Assembly (NCBI RefSeq): GCF_006345805.1 | Contig: NC_042998.1 | Span: forward strand, 99,262,001-99,326,000 | Source: Octopus sinensis | Taxonomy: Eukaryota | Length of the DNA stretch: 64,000 bases | Direction: 5' to 3' | Shown here: positions 1-14,291 of the stretch, in pieces | Layout: each line of letters begins with the position of its first letter | Position numbering within the stretch: the first letter of the stretch is position 1 | Program-made: the position numbers and the translations under genes | The notes under the pieces: model-generated | Told to the model about the DNA's origin: nothing | Seen by the model: the letters and a program-made list of their open reading frames with translations, nothing else | Database searches by the model: none

Positions 1-885
1 AACGAAAATTTTTCGGAAAATAAAAATAAGAAATAAGTGGAAATTTTACTGGTGTGTATGTTACATTATAAGGCACAAAAAAATAAAATGGCTCTCCTCA
101 GACACAACAGAATGAAAAAGTAATCTAACTAAATTATTTATTTTATGACATTACTCGACACAAAGAATGTATTTCAACAGAAATAACATTACTGTTGAAT
201 ATTTCAACAGAAATAACACATTCCCCCTGGCCCAGGCAAATGAAATATTTAATAATTAAAAAAAGATTTTAGTAAGAGAAATAAATTGATATAACACTTT
301 CTGTTAATATAACTACAAAATGACAAAATCCTGCTTTTTCAGTAAAAACTACTGGTAATAGTAATTTCTTTGTGAATAAAGGTATTGTCACTAAACTACA
401 TATGTCCTGTTGGCCTATGAAGGACCCCTGTTAGACTATCACACAAAGACTCTTTCTTTAGACAATTTCTGTTTGCCATGCCATGCAAATTTCTTAAAGC
501 CTCTCTATCTTAGTGTAGGTCATAGTAATATAAACACATTTTCTTTAAGATATTTTTCTCTGGGTATTTTAAAGTTAGCTCTCATTTCAGCTGTTGTGTG
601 TGAGTGTGTGTGTACTCTATATTTTCTATGCAGGATTTTTGCGGCCCCTTTCTTCTTGTGCGTGTAATTCATATAGATTCACAACTGTAGCATCAACTGC
701 CTGTTAAGTTCTCATGCACTCTCCATGATTACATATTTCACTAAGATGAATTCAAATTGAACTTTCAGGATTCATAAGCATCTATCTGCTCTATCTCTCT
801 TTGTGTGTGTGTGAACAAATGTATCTATATATAAAATATAAGAAGGAAAATGCACACAGTTTACATAGTTTTTATATATTTCTTT

Positions 886-1202
886 TTATATATATATTTT
901 ATAAGTGAAAGTGTTTGTCGACCGGTTTCACTTTCGCTAATCATGACATTAAAATTATTGTAATAACGGTATTTTCTAAAGAAGATTCAATCACAAATTT
1001 CTCCACACACAACATGGACTTATGGTCTCTAAGACGATTCAAACAGTATATATGTAAAAAAACATAAGCTTGTTTTTGAAGCATTGAAATGTATTGTAGA
1101 ACAAGTACACAACATGGACTAAAATCTTCTTAAGAAAATACGAAATTACAATAATTTCAATGTCATGATTGAAATACTATTTAACCTATAAAATATATAT
1201 AT
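886..1202. mobile_element. (TA)n-flanked foldback, Penelope-like remnant with degenerate minimal hammerhead at 916-948 (-)
   Basis: Inverted arms ~940-988 and ~1122-1169; tgtc ATGATTA gc gaaa gt GAAACCGGTC gaca. Confidence 0.55.
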
Positions 1203-1650
1203 CGTTATCATCATCATCATCGTTTAATGTCCATTTTTTATGCTGGCATGGATTGGACGGTTTGACTGAGGTCTGGAGAGCCAGCAGCTATATATATATA
1301 TATAGTCTGAATTTTATAGTGTTAATTATCCATCACAGCTAGTCTTATCAATCATTTTTGTGTGGAGTTATATAATGGAGTGTTAGGCAACAAACCAGTT
1401 ATATGGTATACACTCGTCAGAGACAGCCACTATATAATTTCATGCAAAACTGACTGGTAAGACAAGCTGTGATGGATAATTAACACTATAAAAATCAGAC
1501 AATATACCCACTCAACTAACAGTTATACGAGTGCATCTTCTCCCTGACTTATGGTCTCTAAGACGATTCAAACAGTATATATATTAAGTCATATGTAAAA
1601 AAACATAAGCTTCTTTTTGAAGCATTGAAATGTATTGTAGAACAAGTACA
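1007..1650 (+). repeat. ~90 bp direct duplication (1021-1106 versus 1550-1647); the first copy is flanked by a 14 bp direct repeat
   Basis: acacaacatggact at 1007-1020 and 1107-1120. Confidence 0.85.
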
Positions 1651-3217
1651 AATATATATTTTTCAATCCATAAATACTGATAGAACAGCATTTACACGTT
1701 GAGAAATATATCTTTCTACTTGTTATATATATGTACATATATATTTTCCTTCTTTTATTTTATATGTATATTTTTTTGCATTACAACTCACCACGTGGGG
1801 ATAATCAAAATTCTCCTCCTCCCTTTTTGTTATATACATATATATATATCATTATCATCATTCAATGTATATGTTCCATACTGGCATTGATTGGCCAATC
1901 TAACAAGATCTGACTAGAATGAGGACTGCATTGGTCTCCAGAGTCTGCTTTGGCAAGGTTCCTATGGCTGGATGCTTTTCCTAATGCCAAACACTTTGCA
2001 GAGTGTACTAGATGATTTTTCCATGGCACCAGCACTAGTGGAGTCAAAAAATAACTCACCAAACAAAATCCCTTCACAGAATAGCAGCGTAGTGTTGAGA
2101 GAGATGGCTTAGTGTCTGGTGTAGAGGAGTTAAAGTAGGAAGAGAGGCTGGAACACTGGAACAAATGTCTTGCTGTAGACAGGACACATAGGTACCACAG
2201 CAGAAAATGGAGAAAGGATGGTGGAGATAAGCTATCAGGCCTTACAGTCTTGGATTTAGTCTCACTGCATAGAACCTTGGACAAGTGTCTTCTACTATAG
2301 CCCCAAGCTGACCAAAACCTTGTCAGTGGATTCAGATGGAAACTGAAAAAAGCCTATCATATATATCTCTGTGTACAAGTGTGTGTGTCATCATACAAGT
2401 GATGTTGTTCATTTCCAGTTTTCCATGGGAAAACATGTCTGGCCATGGGAAATATTACCTTCCCTGGAAACATATAAAGGTTGGCAACAGGAAGGGTGTC
2501 CTGCCAACCCAACAAATTCAACTTAACTCATGCAAGCACTGAAAAGTAGACATTAAATGGTGGTGGTGACGACGACGATGATGAAAAGGAGGAGGTTATA
2601 ATAACTTTTCCTTTCTTTAAAACTGAATGAGTGGTTTGAGTAAAATTTGGCTACTATTTCTACCACCTTGAGCGACTATATAGAGGCTGCCTCATTGACT
2701 TAATTAGAGTAGGATGGTGTGATGCAAGTTAAGTTAATGTAGTTGAGGTCACAAGTTCTAGCAACACTCCTGTCTACTTTGTTGCCATCTTAGGTGTGTA
2801 CTCTATTCATCTAACAGTACTTGGCAGTAGGAGGGAATGTTGCCAGTACTCAGTACTTCCTTATCATGAACTGGAACACACATTGCATATAAGCTTTGAT
2901 ATTAAACTCAATTCATATATTATTCAACACCTAACCATTATGTTTATTACCTATTTCACTGAAGATCAGCTAAATGTGTGTGTGTGTGTGTGTGTGTTTG
3001 TGTATTTTTCTGCTTAACTCTGATCAAAACCTATGATAAAAGCCATTCCATCTTTTACCATCCCAACTTCATTAATACAAATATATTAATTCATTAATAT
3101 ATTTAGGATTGCTTTATCCACTGGGTTATTTTTTAAGTTGATGAAATATGATTTGAGGAAGATTTGGTTTCCATTTCTAGCTGGTGAAGTGACTACATAA
3201 AGGTTCCATCAGCTTGC

Positions 3218-3220
<3 letters not shown>

Positions 3221-3262
<42 letters not shown>
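3221..3262. repeat. (TA)n microsatellite
   Basis: Pure TA run. Confidence 0.95.
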
Positions 3263-3264
<2 letters not shown>

Positions 3265-3789
3265 ACTTCTTAATTTCAATGGAGGCAATGCAAGCGGAAA
3301 CTTGAGGAACATAATGAAGATCCACACTCGAAAGTCAAATACATCGTCATCATCATCATCATTATCATCATCAACCTCGTTTAACGTCCGTTTTTCATGC
3401 TAGCATGGGTTGGACAAGTACATACATATATTCAAATATTTTTCCATATTTACAAAACGGATATATAAATTCCAAATATAAAAATATATATAAATAGATA
3501 ATAATTGGTGTTATACTAAAACACAGTGAATTCACATTTAAAAGTTATAAAACATTGGTGTAATTAAAAATTTGGGATGATAAAACATTAAAAGGATGTT
3601 TTAAAATCCCCCAAAAAATAATACAAAAGTTTAAGTTCCATCTGCGGGCCGTTTCAGGGATGTGCCAAGTAATATGATATATTTCATATTTTCAAAACTA
3701 ACACTCCCTTCATCAGAATGTTTTTTACACACAATCTACAATAACAAATACAGAAATACTATTAAATACTATTTTGACTATGGGTTTTC

Positions 3790-4100
3790 ATTTGTACTTC
3801 TCTTCATTTGGATCCTTGCTTTTTTAGCTTTGGTTCACCAATGTCTGGGTCACCCTCTCTTCTGCCTCCCATATGGTTTCCAGATCAAGGCCTGGTGTAT
3901 AATGCAGGATGTTGGTTTCCTTTTGGATGTTTTCTGCAACAGCATCATGTTCATTTCCTGAAGGAAGGCTTTCTTTCTCCAGATTTTGTTGGTTGTGAAT
4001 TGTCATTGATGCTTCTGTAACTTGACTCTTTTTCAAGGTAGGGTTGTTTGCCCTACACAAACCCATTTTCATCTCTGGAAAGAGGTGGTCCATATTAGTT
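3790..4100 (-). mobile_element. Decayed RTE-like LINE fragment
   Basis: RKPTSCIIHQALIWKPYGRQKRG*PRHW resembles the RTE 'RQALTWNPQGKRKRGRP' segment. Confidence 0.55.
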
Positions 4101-5594
4101 TGGCCTCTATCCTTTGACTAGTCCAGCATGAAAAGCCCTGTCGGGAGCTTGTATTCTGCTGAAGCAGTTCTCTGTGTCATTGAGGTACACTAACTATCAC
4201 ACCACAATAAGGATTGGACTTTGTAGTGGATGTGTCTGTATGGTTGAATGGTTAAGAACTTCTCTTTGCAACCATAAGGCCCAGGATTCAATTTCACTGC
4301 ACAACATCCTGGTTAGATATACCTTGATTCTGTTTAAAAATAACATTAAAGGTACATGTGTCTGCAAAATGCTCAGTTACACACTCATTCAATGAGCAGG
4401 GAATTTGGTTGATCAAATAACTGAATGAGTTTTGCAGGCATGTAATTTTTTTGCTTTTTAATGGCTTAGAGGAGGAATGGCAGTGCCAAGACCCTTTTCA
4501 AGGCCTCTGAAACAGGTAGAGGGAAGGGCCAAGGTCATCTTCAAACAGAAAACATGATCTGGATGCTTACAACAGAGTGAACTTTGCTAAAGATACCTAT
4601 GGGCCAGGAAGTAGAGGTAGTGGTGGTGGCAGTGGTTGTGGTACTGGTAGAGGTGAAGGTGATGGTGTTGGTGTTAAACTATGTAATGGATTAATCTTCT
4701 CAAGAACAGAAATGATCCTTCTAACTGGCTTCCACATAGCCTCTGTTGACCAAGTTTCACTCACACGGCTTTTGTTCACCCAGGGCCATGGTATAAGCCC
4801 AAGGTGTTGAACAACAGGATAGAACCCAAAGCCATGCAATTGAAAATTAATTGTCTTAACTCTACAGCCATGCATGAATATTTGTATGTACATATAGGAG
4901 CAACATAAATGTATGTTGATGTTTGTAAGCTGTAACATAAAAGATATGATCATTCATGCTCTCAAATTAATCTTAAATTAATCCAAGTTTTATAAGAATA
5001 TAAAATCACTTCTCCATTATCATCATCGTCATCATCATCATCATTATCAATAGTCATTTAATGTCCAGCTTCCATGCTAGCATAGATTGGACAGTTTGAC
5101 AGGGCCTGAGGAGTTGAAGGAAAGAAGCAAATTATCTGTCAATGTCCACTTTATCTGCCAATGTCCACTATGGGTTCTATGGCTGGACACCCTTCCTAAT
5201 GCCTACTACTTTACAGAATGTGCTTGATGCTTCTTCATGGCAGCAGAACTAGTGTGGATTGCTTCATAAGTTGCTAGGCTAAGGGCCTAAAGTGGCTCCT
5301 ATTAATGAGGGTGAACAGAAGAGAAAGTAGGTGATGATTCTAGGTGGAGGAATGTGGGATGGTAAGCAAGAAAAGAGGATGGGGAAGTTTTGTAGGGAAC
5401 TGGAAGAAGGAAGATATCAGTGACAGGGTTGAGAAAAAGTGTTGGACAGAGTTGAATATAAATAACTATTTAAACCAAAGCATATACAATACAAATAATA
5501 AAAGACAGAGACAAATTGATCCAAAAAATTCTCAAATCAAATTAAATAAAACAAAAACAGAATAAAAAATCTATTATTTTTCCTATAATTTCAG

Positions 5595-5661
5595 AATTAA
5601 AAGAAATCAGCCAGTTGTTACTTGCTTCTTTTGCTGATCCCAATGAACAGGATTTTAAGGG
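5595..5661 (+). CDS. Exon 1 (visible): LKEISQLLLASFADPNEQDFKG, ankyrin repeat end
   Basis: tttcag| acceptor and |gtaagt donor; phase 1 in, phase 2 out; ankyrin-type 'ADPN..D..G'. Confidence 0.9.
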
Positions 5662-5765
5662 GTAAGTAATGATTTATGTATATAAGAAACTCTTAAATGA
5701 ATTAAAAGTGGTGCTTCAGTAGGGGCTTGACCACAATACCCCAAATATTACAGGATTTAGACATA

Positions 5766-6170
5766 GGTATGGCTGTGGGGTAAGACATTTGCTTACCAAC
5801 CACATGGTTTTGGGTTCTGTTTCACAATGTGACACCTTGGGTTGGTGTCTTCTACTATAGCCCTGAGCTGACCAATACCTTGTGAGTGGATTTGGTAGAT
5901 GGAAACTGAAAGAAGCACATCATATGTGTGCACATGTGTGTGTGTGTCTGTGTTGTGTCTTTTTCCTACCACTGCTTAACAACTTGTGTTGGTTTATTTA
6001 TGTCCATGTAACTTGATGGATTGGCAAAAGTGACAAACAGAATAAGTACCAGACTTTCAAAAAAATAAAAAAACCAAAGTCCTGGGAGTGATTTGTTCAA
6101 CTAAAACCCTTCAAGGCTGTATCCAAGTATGGCTGCAGTCCAGTGATTAAAACAAGTAAAACATAAAAGA
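5766..6170 (+). mobile_element. tRNA-derived SINE family C (ggcatggctgtgtggtaag head, internal (TG)n). Copies also at 13908-14291(-), 12170-12553(-), 9915-10095(-), 18003-18165(+), 19665-19775(-), 26155-26320(-), 27190-27360(-), 2250-2385(+)
   Basis: A-box and B-box-like head (gggttc.gt), and a shared body ccttgggcaagtgtcttctactatagcc...gatggaaactgaaagaagc. Confidence 0.8.
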
Positions 6171-9100
6171 TATTTTTTTTATTTATAAAGCCATTACATT
6201 TCTTTTTTAAATGATTAACCAGATGGCCAGTGTCCAACCTTTGTGACCCTTCCTAGTTGGTGAGAATGATGCAGTTGATGCTCAATGCTAACAGATCAAC
6301 ATTTGCAAGAAAAGTATGAGAAGAGAGGGGATTCTAGAGATTTATAGTCCTAAGGAGAAAAGACTAGACAAAGTAAATTTACACAAACTTTGTGCAGTTA
6401 GACACAGTGCAGTGACTGGAACGAGTGGGACATAGGCAAGTGGGCCAAGTCAGAAGAGTAGAGAATGTAAAAAGGGGAAAAGCATACATTTTTGGCCCCC
6501 AGTCAAGTACATCCAGCCTAGGATGTCTCTGCCTGCAGTTGGGACACCACTGCATACATGCAAGCAAATATTCCATTATGGGTCTTACACAGACATACAC
6601 ATATCATCATCATCATCATCATCATTTTAACATTCACTTTTCCATGCTTGCATGAGTAAGATGGAATTTATTGAAACAGATTTTGTACAATCAGATGGCC
6701 TTCCTCTCTCCAACCCTCACTTTGAAATAGGTGAGGTAATACCTGACCATGGTCAGGCATGTCTTTCATGTCTGACCATGGAAGACTGGAAACAGACAAC
6801 ATTGCCAGTATCATAGTGATGCATGCTAATGGCCATCAAGAGTACATACATACATTCATGTAAAAATTGGGCGATAATGGGGTAGCAATTCATGTAAAAA
6901 CAACAAAATAATGGGTTCATTAGGTTAAGTTTTACTTGTGAAATGCAGTTGCTTTGAATTTGCTTCAGAAAGAGGTCTATGTTTTTGGTGGTTAGTTGGA
7001 GTAGGGGCACTAGGAATGTGGCCTGTGTGTCAAGGGTGGGCAGCAGCCTGAAAAAATTTGAAAACCACAGCATTATGATAATCACAACAATGACAATGAA
7101 AGCAAGAATAATGACAGTGATTATTCTCGTTATGTTGGTGAGAATGATAAGAACTATGATAAGCAGACACATATTGTTTATTTAAGACAACAACCTTGAT
7201 TTCTCTTTAGACTCTAACAACAACAAAAGCACATTACACACCTTATTTGGTGAGTATAAAAAATGGTGTTACTATTAAGAAAAATATTTTTAACAGAATA
7301 TTTATATTCATGTCTTCAAAAGCGTTATTTTGCTGATCAATAGGTTTGGATCATACTTTTCTCTCACCTTTTTTTGTTTTTGTTTTCTTTTTTACCAATC
7401 TTTGAAAGGTTAAAAACCCGCATAAACAATTTCAAATGTCATTCTGTATTTCTGAGGGCATGTGTTTGTGTGTATGCATGCATGCAGATGCTTGTGTGAG
7501 TGAGAGAGAGAGAGAGAGGGAGAGAATGAATGACTATGTGTGCATGTATATTTTAAACAAGTATATGACTTCAAAATATAATATAGTTGGAAAACAGGCC
7601 AATTACAACTATCTGAACTGGACAGAGAGAAGATTATAAAGAAGAAAAGGAATACAAACAACAATTTGAAATTAAACATATTGATTTCATCTCAAATCCT
7701 TCATCTTGAAACTGTGAAAGTCTGATAAAAGTAATTTTGTGTTGCAATTTTCTTAAAATATTCCACTTAGTCTCAATATAGCAGGAATTTCTGGAATAGA
7801 AAATTCCTATTATTTCTAATCTTAAAGTTATTGATTTCTTACAAATTTCTTGTTCATTGCTCTGAGCAAAGTAAATTAGTTATGATTAGTAAAAAGCAAT
7901 TTATATTTCTTTTTTTCCTCTCCAAATTTGTTCTTCTGAAAATGGCAGCAACTCATTTTATTTGAAATTAAAATCAAAGAAAGAATGAGAAACAAATACC
8001 ATTGTTAAAATTTGGTAAAAGTGTGTTATTCTACACAAAGAAAATATTTTGAGATAATATCTTTACCTATGTGTTTTCTATCTAAACAATAATATTTCTC
8101 AATTTCTAAGGTGTAAGACTAAAACAATCATGTTAGCAATATTCCTTTCATCCAATTGTTGCTTCTACTTTTGTTGTTGTTGTTGTTATAATAGATGGTG
8201 GGATGGCAGAAAGTAGTGGAATCACAGAAATGGTAGAGTACTGGACTCAATGCCTTGTTGTGTGTTGTTCCTCTGTTTTCTGATTTAAATTAGAATACCT
8301 TTCTGGGTTTTTTCCTGGTTTTGTTTTTTTTTTCATTGCTTTCGTTTGTATTCTTTACTAGATCCAGTTAAATGATTATTATATAACTTAATTTTACTGT
8401 ATCTGTCTCTGCAATTATTCACAATGTACTTCCACATTGTCCTAGTTCTTCTTTTAAGTTATCAGGCCATTTAATGTTTACTAAATTATACAGTGCCTGT
8501 TCCTATTATGATCTGTAGCACCACAAGATACCTAATCCTTCTTTCAAGTTATTATGCCACTTAGATTTTATTCATCAATAGGTCAATATATCAATCAAGT
8601 CACTTTGTCTGGCAGTATAAATATAAACCATACGTCTCTGAAGAAGTCTAATAAGGCCAAAACATATCTTGAGTTATCTCCATATAGTCAGGATCAGACT
8701 CACTGACTCCTACATAGTGCATATTTTGTTTTTTAATTAAATTAAATTAATTAAACTTTCAAGGTTATTTCCACTGTTGTTTATTTCTTTTGCTTTTAAA
8801 CAGATTTGTTACTTGTTTGGTTACTGATTCTTCCTTCTCGCCATCAGTGTAATGTTAATTAAAATTTCTTGGTTCACTACATTAAATTTGTTAACATGAT
8901 GAATGAACTGGATATGAGTTATGAGATGTTTATATAGATAACTATATGTAGCAAGCTAAGCACTGCTAGCTCACATATCCTCTGAGCAAATTTACCATGT
9001 TTCACTGTGTCTCTGGTGCCAAATGTTTTAACCCATTAGATACCAGTCCACCTGAGACTGCTCCTTGTTCTATGATATAAACTACCTGTCTAAAGTGGTC

Positions 9101-10993
9101 TAAATTTAAACCTTCAATCAAAATTTCATGTTACTCTGTTCCAAACAAAATTATTTTACTAACTTCCTCAATATTTTCAAAATTAATTGAAACAAAGTCA
9201 GTATATTCCAGCAGAAATAAGGTAACAAAATGATTAAGAAAAATTTACTTCCAATAGACAGGAGTCATATTCAAGAGAAGACTCACCTTATGCCTTTATT
9301 CATTTTGTGGTTGCTTGAAGTTGGTTGTGGTAGTAGTGAGTTGTGCATAGGTATGAGATTTTGCTTGTATTAGATTCATTCTCATCCACTGAACATCAAG
9401 AAATGACAGGTAAATAAGTGATCTTTTCAGTTGATGGAGTTGTCAAGTATTAGAGATATTATTCATTATATGATAGAAATAGATGGTAGACTTAATCCAT
9501 CATGCATCTTGACACCACCACTTGTGGCTCTTGGGGGTGCTTTTAGTGGAGTCTGCTCTGTTGTGACCATTCAGGCCAGATTTTCTGTTTGAAGATAAAT
9601 TCCTCACTTCTTACCATCAATCTTTGGATGCTGCCCTTCCTCTTCTGAATCATCATCATCATCATATCCAATTTTCCAAACTTGCATGGGTCAGACAGAA
9701 TTTGTCGAGGGAGATTTTCTACAGAAAGATGATCTTCCTTTTGTCAAGCCTCACTTGTTTCCAAGCAATGTAATATTTCCCCATGAGCAGACATGTTTTC
9801 ATAGAAGACCAGAAACAAATGATACCACTTTTATGACAGTTACACTTGTTTACAACTATCCCATGATTATCAAGATGAAGAGGGACAAACACCACACAGA
9901 CACACACGCACACACACACACACACATATATGGCCTTCTCTCAATTTCTGTCTATCAAATCTACTCACAAAGCTTTGGTTGACCTGGTGCAATAGTAGAA
10001 GACATTTACAAAAGATGCCACATTGTGGGACTGAACCAAAGATAACATGGTTGGGAAGCAAGCTTTTTAACCACTCAACCATACCTACACCATACCTGAC
10101 TAACTTTTGTGGAAAAAAAAAGATGAGAAGGTTATAATAGAGTTGCTTAGTAATATATATAAACACAATGTATATTGGATGGTAAATTGTAACAGTTTGG
10201 TGATTGTGTTTTGTAAGTGTTAGATACTGATTAGTGTTAGATACTGATTCTATAAAATACATATGTAGGGACTTGTATTCTATTATTGGAGGTTAGTTGT
10301 GTTGAGTATGTATTATCTGTGTTGTGCAGAAAGTGTACTTATGATATGTACTATCAAATTGAAATTTTCTTGCATAGGACAAGGGACTATATTTTTGACA
10401 GTGTAGAGTTTATACACCATGATGTGGTTTTTATATTTTTGTCCATATTTTTCTTTATCAAACCTAGTGCTGCAATTATTATTGTTACTGTTTTAACTTT
10501 TACACACTATATCTTGCTTATTTTCATTTTAAGGTCCTTTTACTTTATTAGTTGAAATATTTGTTCCTGTCTTTCATAATTAAATCTAGATAGTTTGCTT
10601 TGATCTCCCTTATCAGCCTGGGCAGACACAGTCTCTAAATATTGTAGCCAGATTGTTTTAATATACTCTGGTTTATGTTTATATCACAATATGGTTATGA
10701 AATACCAGTCAGGCACTTAATTATTTAATTAATTAATTAACAGAACCCCTTACCTTATAAATCTAAGGCCATAAACCAATGCAAGAAATTATAATTATCA
10801 ACTTTGTTTCTCTTCCTTCTGGTAATCATCTCCCATAGAGTGTTTGAAAGTGTATGTCCATCAATAAACCAGTGTGAGTATCAATCTGCTTAGAGACACT
10901 AGAATTTCAGTTGATAATTTAGAAATATACAGTATTTCTCCAGAGGACTTTCATTTGATTCTGATGTATATTTAATACTGTTTTATCTTCCAG

Positions 10994-11069
10994 AAATACA
11001 GCTCTTCATATGGCTGTGTTTTGTGGCCGAGCTGACTTGATGGAACTTCTACTGCAAAATGGAAGTAAA
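10994..11069 (+). CDS. Exon 2: NTALHMAVFCGRADLMELLLQNGSK, ankyrin
   Basis: ttccag| and |gtaggt; canonical ankyrin consensus. Confidence 0.95.
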
Positions 11070-11733
11070 GTAGGTATCCTTACTAAAAGATCTTTTTCAT
11101 TAATGATTTATTAACAGAGCAAATTCAAACACCACCTCAACATTGATAATTTAACAGTTTCATCATAGAATAGTCATGTTAGACATTTAAAAACAGACTT
11201 ATGCAGTTGTATTCACTTTGTATTCTTTAACGGTTTTGTATATGTATACTTTACAGTATCATTAGTTTCCATCACACATTTCTAACCTGATCACAGGCAC
11301 AATTCCACTGCATATAGAAATAGTATCACCACTACTTTGTTCACTATAAATTGTCTCCTGGACACAGACACACATGCCAGAAAATAGGATAGTCAGTTGA
11401 AGTGTTATTTACTGAGCTAGTTTACTGTCTTATTCAGAAGAGAGCTTCAGCTGAAGAACCACTTCCACCTGTACCCTCTATCAAGTACTGGCATCAAACT
11501 TGAAACATGTAACAGGCAACAATACATCAAAGCATTGAGTTGTTCTTGGACCAGAGAATTGGTTCAAGCGTTTGCAGCTGTGACGATTTTCTAACTGCAC
11601 CCAAGAGCTAGGTATTGGTACTGAGACAAACCATAGACAATTGGGGGGGGGGTCAATAATCCTCTACTTTTCCTTATAAATGTATGTGTGTTTGTATCAA
11701 TCTTCTAAATCAATGTATTTCTTTGAATTGCAG

Positions 11734-11829
11734 GTGAACATACAAAATAGTGATGGTAATACACCTCTCCATATTGCTTGCCAATGTGACTGTGATAACA
11801 GAGTTTTAGTTATGCTGAAACTTTTAACG
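11734..11829 (+). CDS. Exon 3: VNIQNSDGNTPLHIACQCDCDNRVLVMLKLLT, ankyrin
   Basis: ttgcag| and |gtagct (weak donor, but phase 0 matches the next exon); GNTPLH motif. Confidence 0.9.
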
Positions 11830-13907
11830 GTAGCTATTTCATATTTGTTTCAATCTTTCATAAAGCATTCGTGTAATATCATATCCATTCTACTAAAAAC
11901 ATGACCACTTGAACGAATGAATGTAAAGTGTATGCTTTTTCTTTTTTTTTTTTTTGTATATTCATTCATGTAAAGTTCATCTTACCATATTTTTTGAGAC
12001 AGAGTTTCACAGCCAGAAGCTCTTCTTGATGCCAATCATTACCTGTTTTTCAAATAAGGGACTTTTTTTATTTCACAGTAATACAATCATCATATCGTTT
12101 TACTCAAATGATAACTGACAGGGATGTGGAAAATTAATATTCATGTGATCACACACACACACAAACATGCCTGCAACCATGTTTTTCTTTAGCCTGTTTC
12201 AGGCATTGAACTGTGGCTATATTGAAGGGTTGATTTGAATAAATTGAATCCAGCACATATTTTACATTTGGTATCTATTCTATCAGTCTCTTTTTGCCAA
12301 ACTACTTAGTTAAGAGAATGTATACAAATCAACACAAGTTGTCTGGTAAGTGATGTGTGACAGACAAAAAATGAATGCATGCATGCATACACACACATAT
12401 GAAAAACTTCCACATAGTTTCTGTCGACCAAATTCACTCAAGAAATTGGTCAATCTAGGGCTATAATAAAATACATGTTGAAAGTGCTGTACAGTGGGAC
12501 TGAACCCAAAACCACATAGTTACAAAGCAAACTTCTTAGCTTCACAGCCATGCTTGCCTCTCTGCTGGTGCAGTGTGGTTGAATGGTTAAGAAGTTCAGT
12601 TTTCCAGCATTGATAAGAAGGCCTTCAACCAACATAAATTAACAGGCAACAGTATGTTGAGATTTTATACAGCAATTCTACATCAATCTGTGGAATATGG
12701 AATTTTGATGACCCATATTAACTGAATGTTTCTAAGTACAATGAAGTTTAAAATATATGCTAATGTTCTTCATTGAGTCACAGTTTAATTTAAAGCTGTC
12801 ACTGAAACTAATTTGGAAGACATTACAATATCATATTAGAATATTCACCTACCCCTTTACAAACATATGTACAATACACACGTTATTACTACAGAAGCAT
12901 AACATGCCACATCTTCATAACAACCAACACACAACTTTATCATCAATAAGTAAGAGGTATAGCATCTGAGAGAGACTGTCTCACCAGCCTTTGTTTAGGT
13001 CACCAGCAGAATTTACAGGTATAAATAGACTGGATATGGAGAGAACACAACATGCTGAAGATTTTATACTGCGCTCTATATTCTTAAATTACATGTTCAA
13101 CCCTCTGCTAGGCAGAGGCATAGTTTATCAGCAAGAACAAATCTGTGGGTTGCTCCTAATTATTTTGTCGACTACCTGTGTCCTAGCTTTGCTGATTAGA
13201 ACTGATCTAGGGCTGCGCAAAAACAATGTTTATTACTACCAACACACTTTCATAACAACTATCTTCATTCTTATAAATGTTTGACTTGTGTTGATATATG
13301 AAATAATGATAATAAGTATTGTTGAGAGGTCTGCATGTCATTTGAGTTGGTCAATGAAGGCACACTTCAGGAGTATGCTGGGTGGTTTTATTAACAATGT
13401 GTAGAGTACATATGGGTGTCATTGTTGGCTGTACGAATAATAACTGAAGCAAACTTATGGACATTTAACTTGATATTTATTGCTGAATATAATGATATTT
13501 GGTGTTGGTTATTTACAATGAACAATATCTAAAACTGCCAAATAGGAGAGAGAAAAACTATACTGCATCCATAGAAGTTCCTTATGTGACATTGTGTGAA
13601 TGTTCAGGACAGACAGTCTGTCTGAGAAGCTGAAGTTGTCTGCACAAATGTCCAGAACCATCTGCATGGCAAAAGAGAAGGCATGTGAATCAGTCAGCTA
13701 CCTTCAATACTCTGAAGTGAATTGAGTGCTAAAAACAGTTTTTTGGGGGGACAAGAGGTTAAATTGTTGAGCATTCATGAAAACCACATCACACCACAAC
13801 CTTACACTGATCCATCACATGAAACTGTAATGGTTCACTCATGATGTCTGACCAAGTATCTGGCAGTTAGGTTTCAGATCACCACTACAGTATCATTATT
13901 AAATCTT

Positions 13908-14291
13908 ACTCTTTTACTTGTTTCAGTCATGTGACTGTGGCCATGCTGGAGCACGCCTTTAGTTGAGCAAATCGACTCTAGGACTTATTCTTTGTAAGCC
14001 TAGTACTTATCGGTCTCTTTTGCTGAACAGCTAAGTTATGGGGACGTAAACACACCAGCATTGGTTGTCAAGTGATGTTGGGGGGAACAAACACAGACAC
14101 ACAAACATACACACACATACATATATATATATATACATATATATGACAAGCTTCTTTCAGTTTCCATCTACCAGATCCACTCACAAGGCTTTGGTTGGCC
14201 TGAGGCTATATTAGAAGACACTTGCAGTGGGACTAAACACGGAACCATGTGGTTGTAAGCAAGCTGCTTACCACACAGCCACTCCTATGCC
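13908..14291 (-). mobile_element. Full-length SINE family C copy
   Basis: Reverse complement of the 5766-6170 family. Confidence 0.85.

Noticed and set aside
3636-3668. CpG-rich 33 nt patch ending at gtaata as a possible upstream exon
   Set aside because: The phase could fit, but there is no polypyrimidine tract, the donor is weak and the peptide is not ankyrin-like.
4577-4953. Gly-rich (+) / Pro-rich (-) ORFs built from ten GGN-NNN hexamers
   Set aside because: Best explained as a degenerate (GGT)n-type simple repeat; no splice sites or flanking coding context.
8634-8680. CTGAAGA-agtctaataaggcc-AAAAC hammerhead-like remnant
   Set aside because: G12 is lost and there is no NUH triplet or stem I partner; too degenerate to call.
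12940-13280. Possible solo LTR (tataaata, non-repetitive composition)
   Set aside because: No TG...CA ends, TSD or second copy identifiable.
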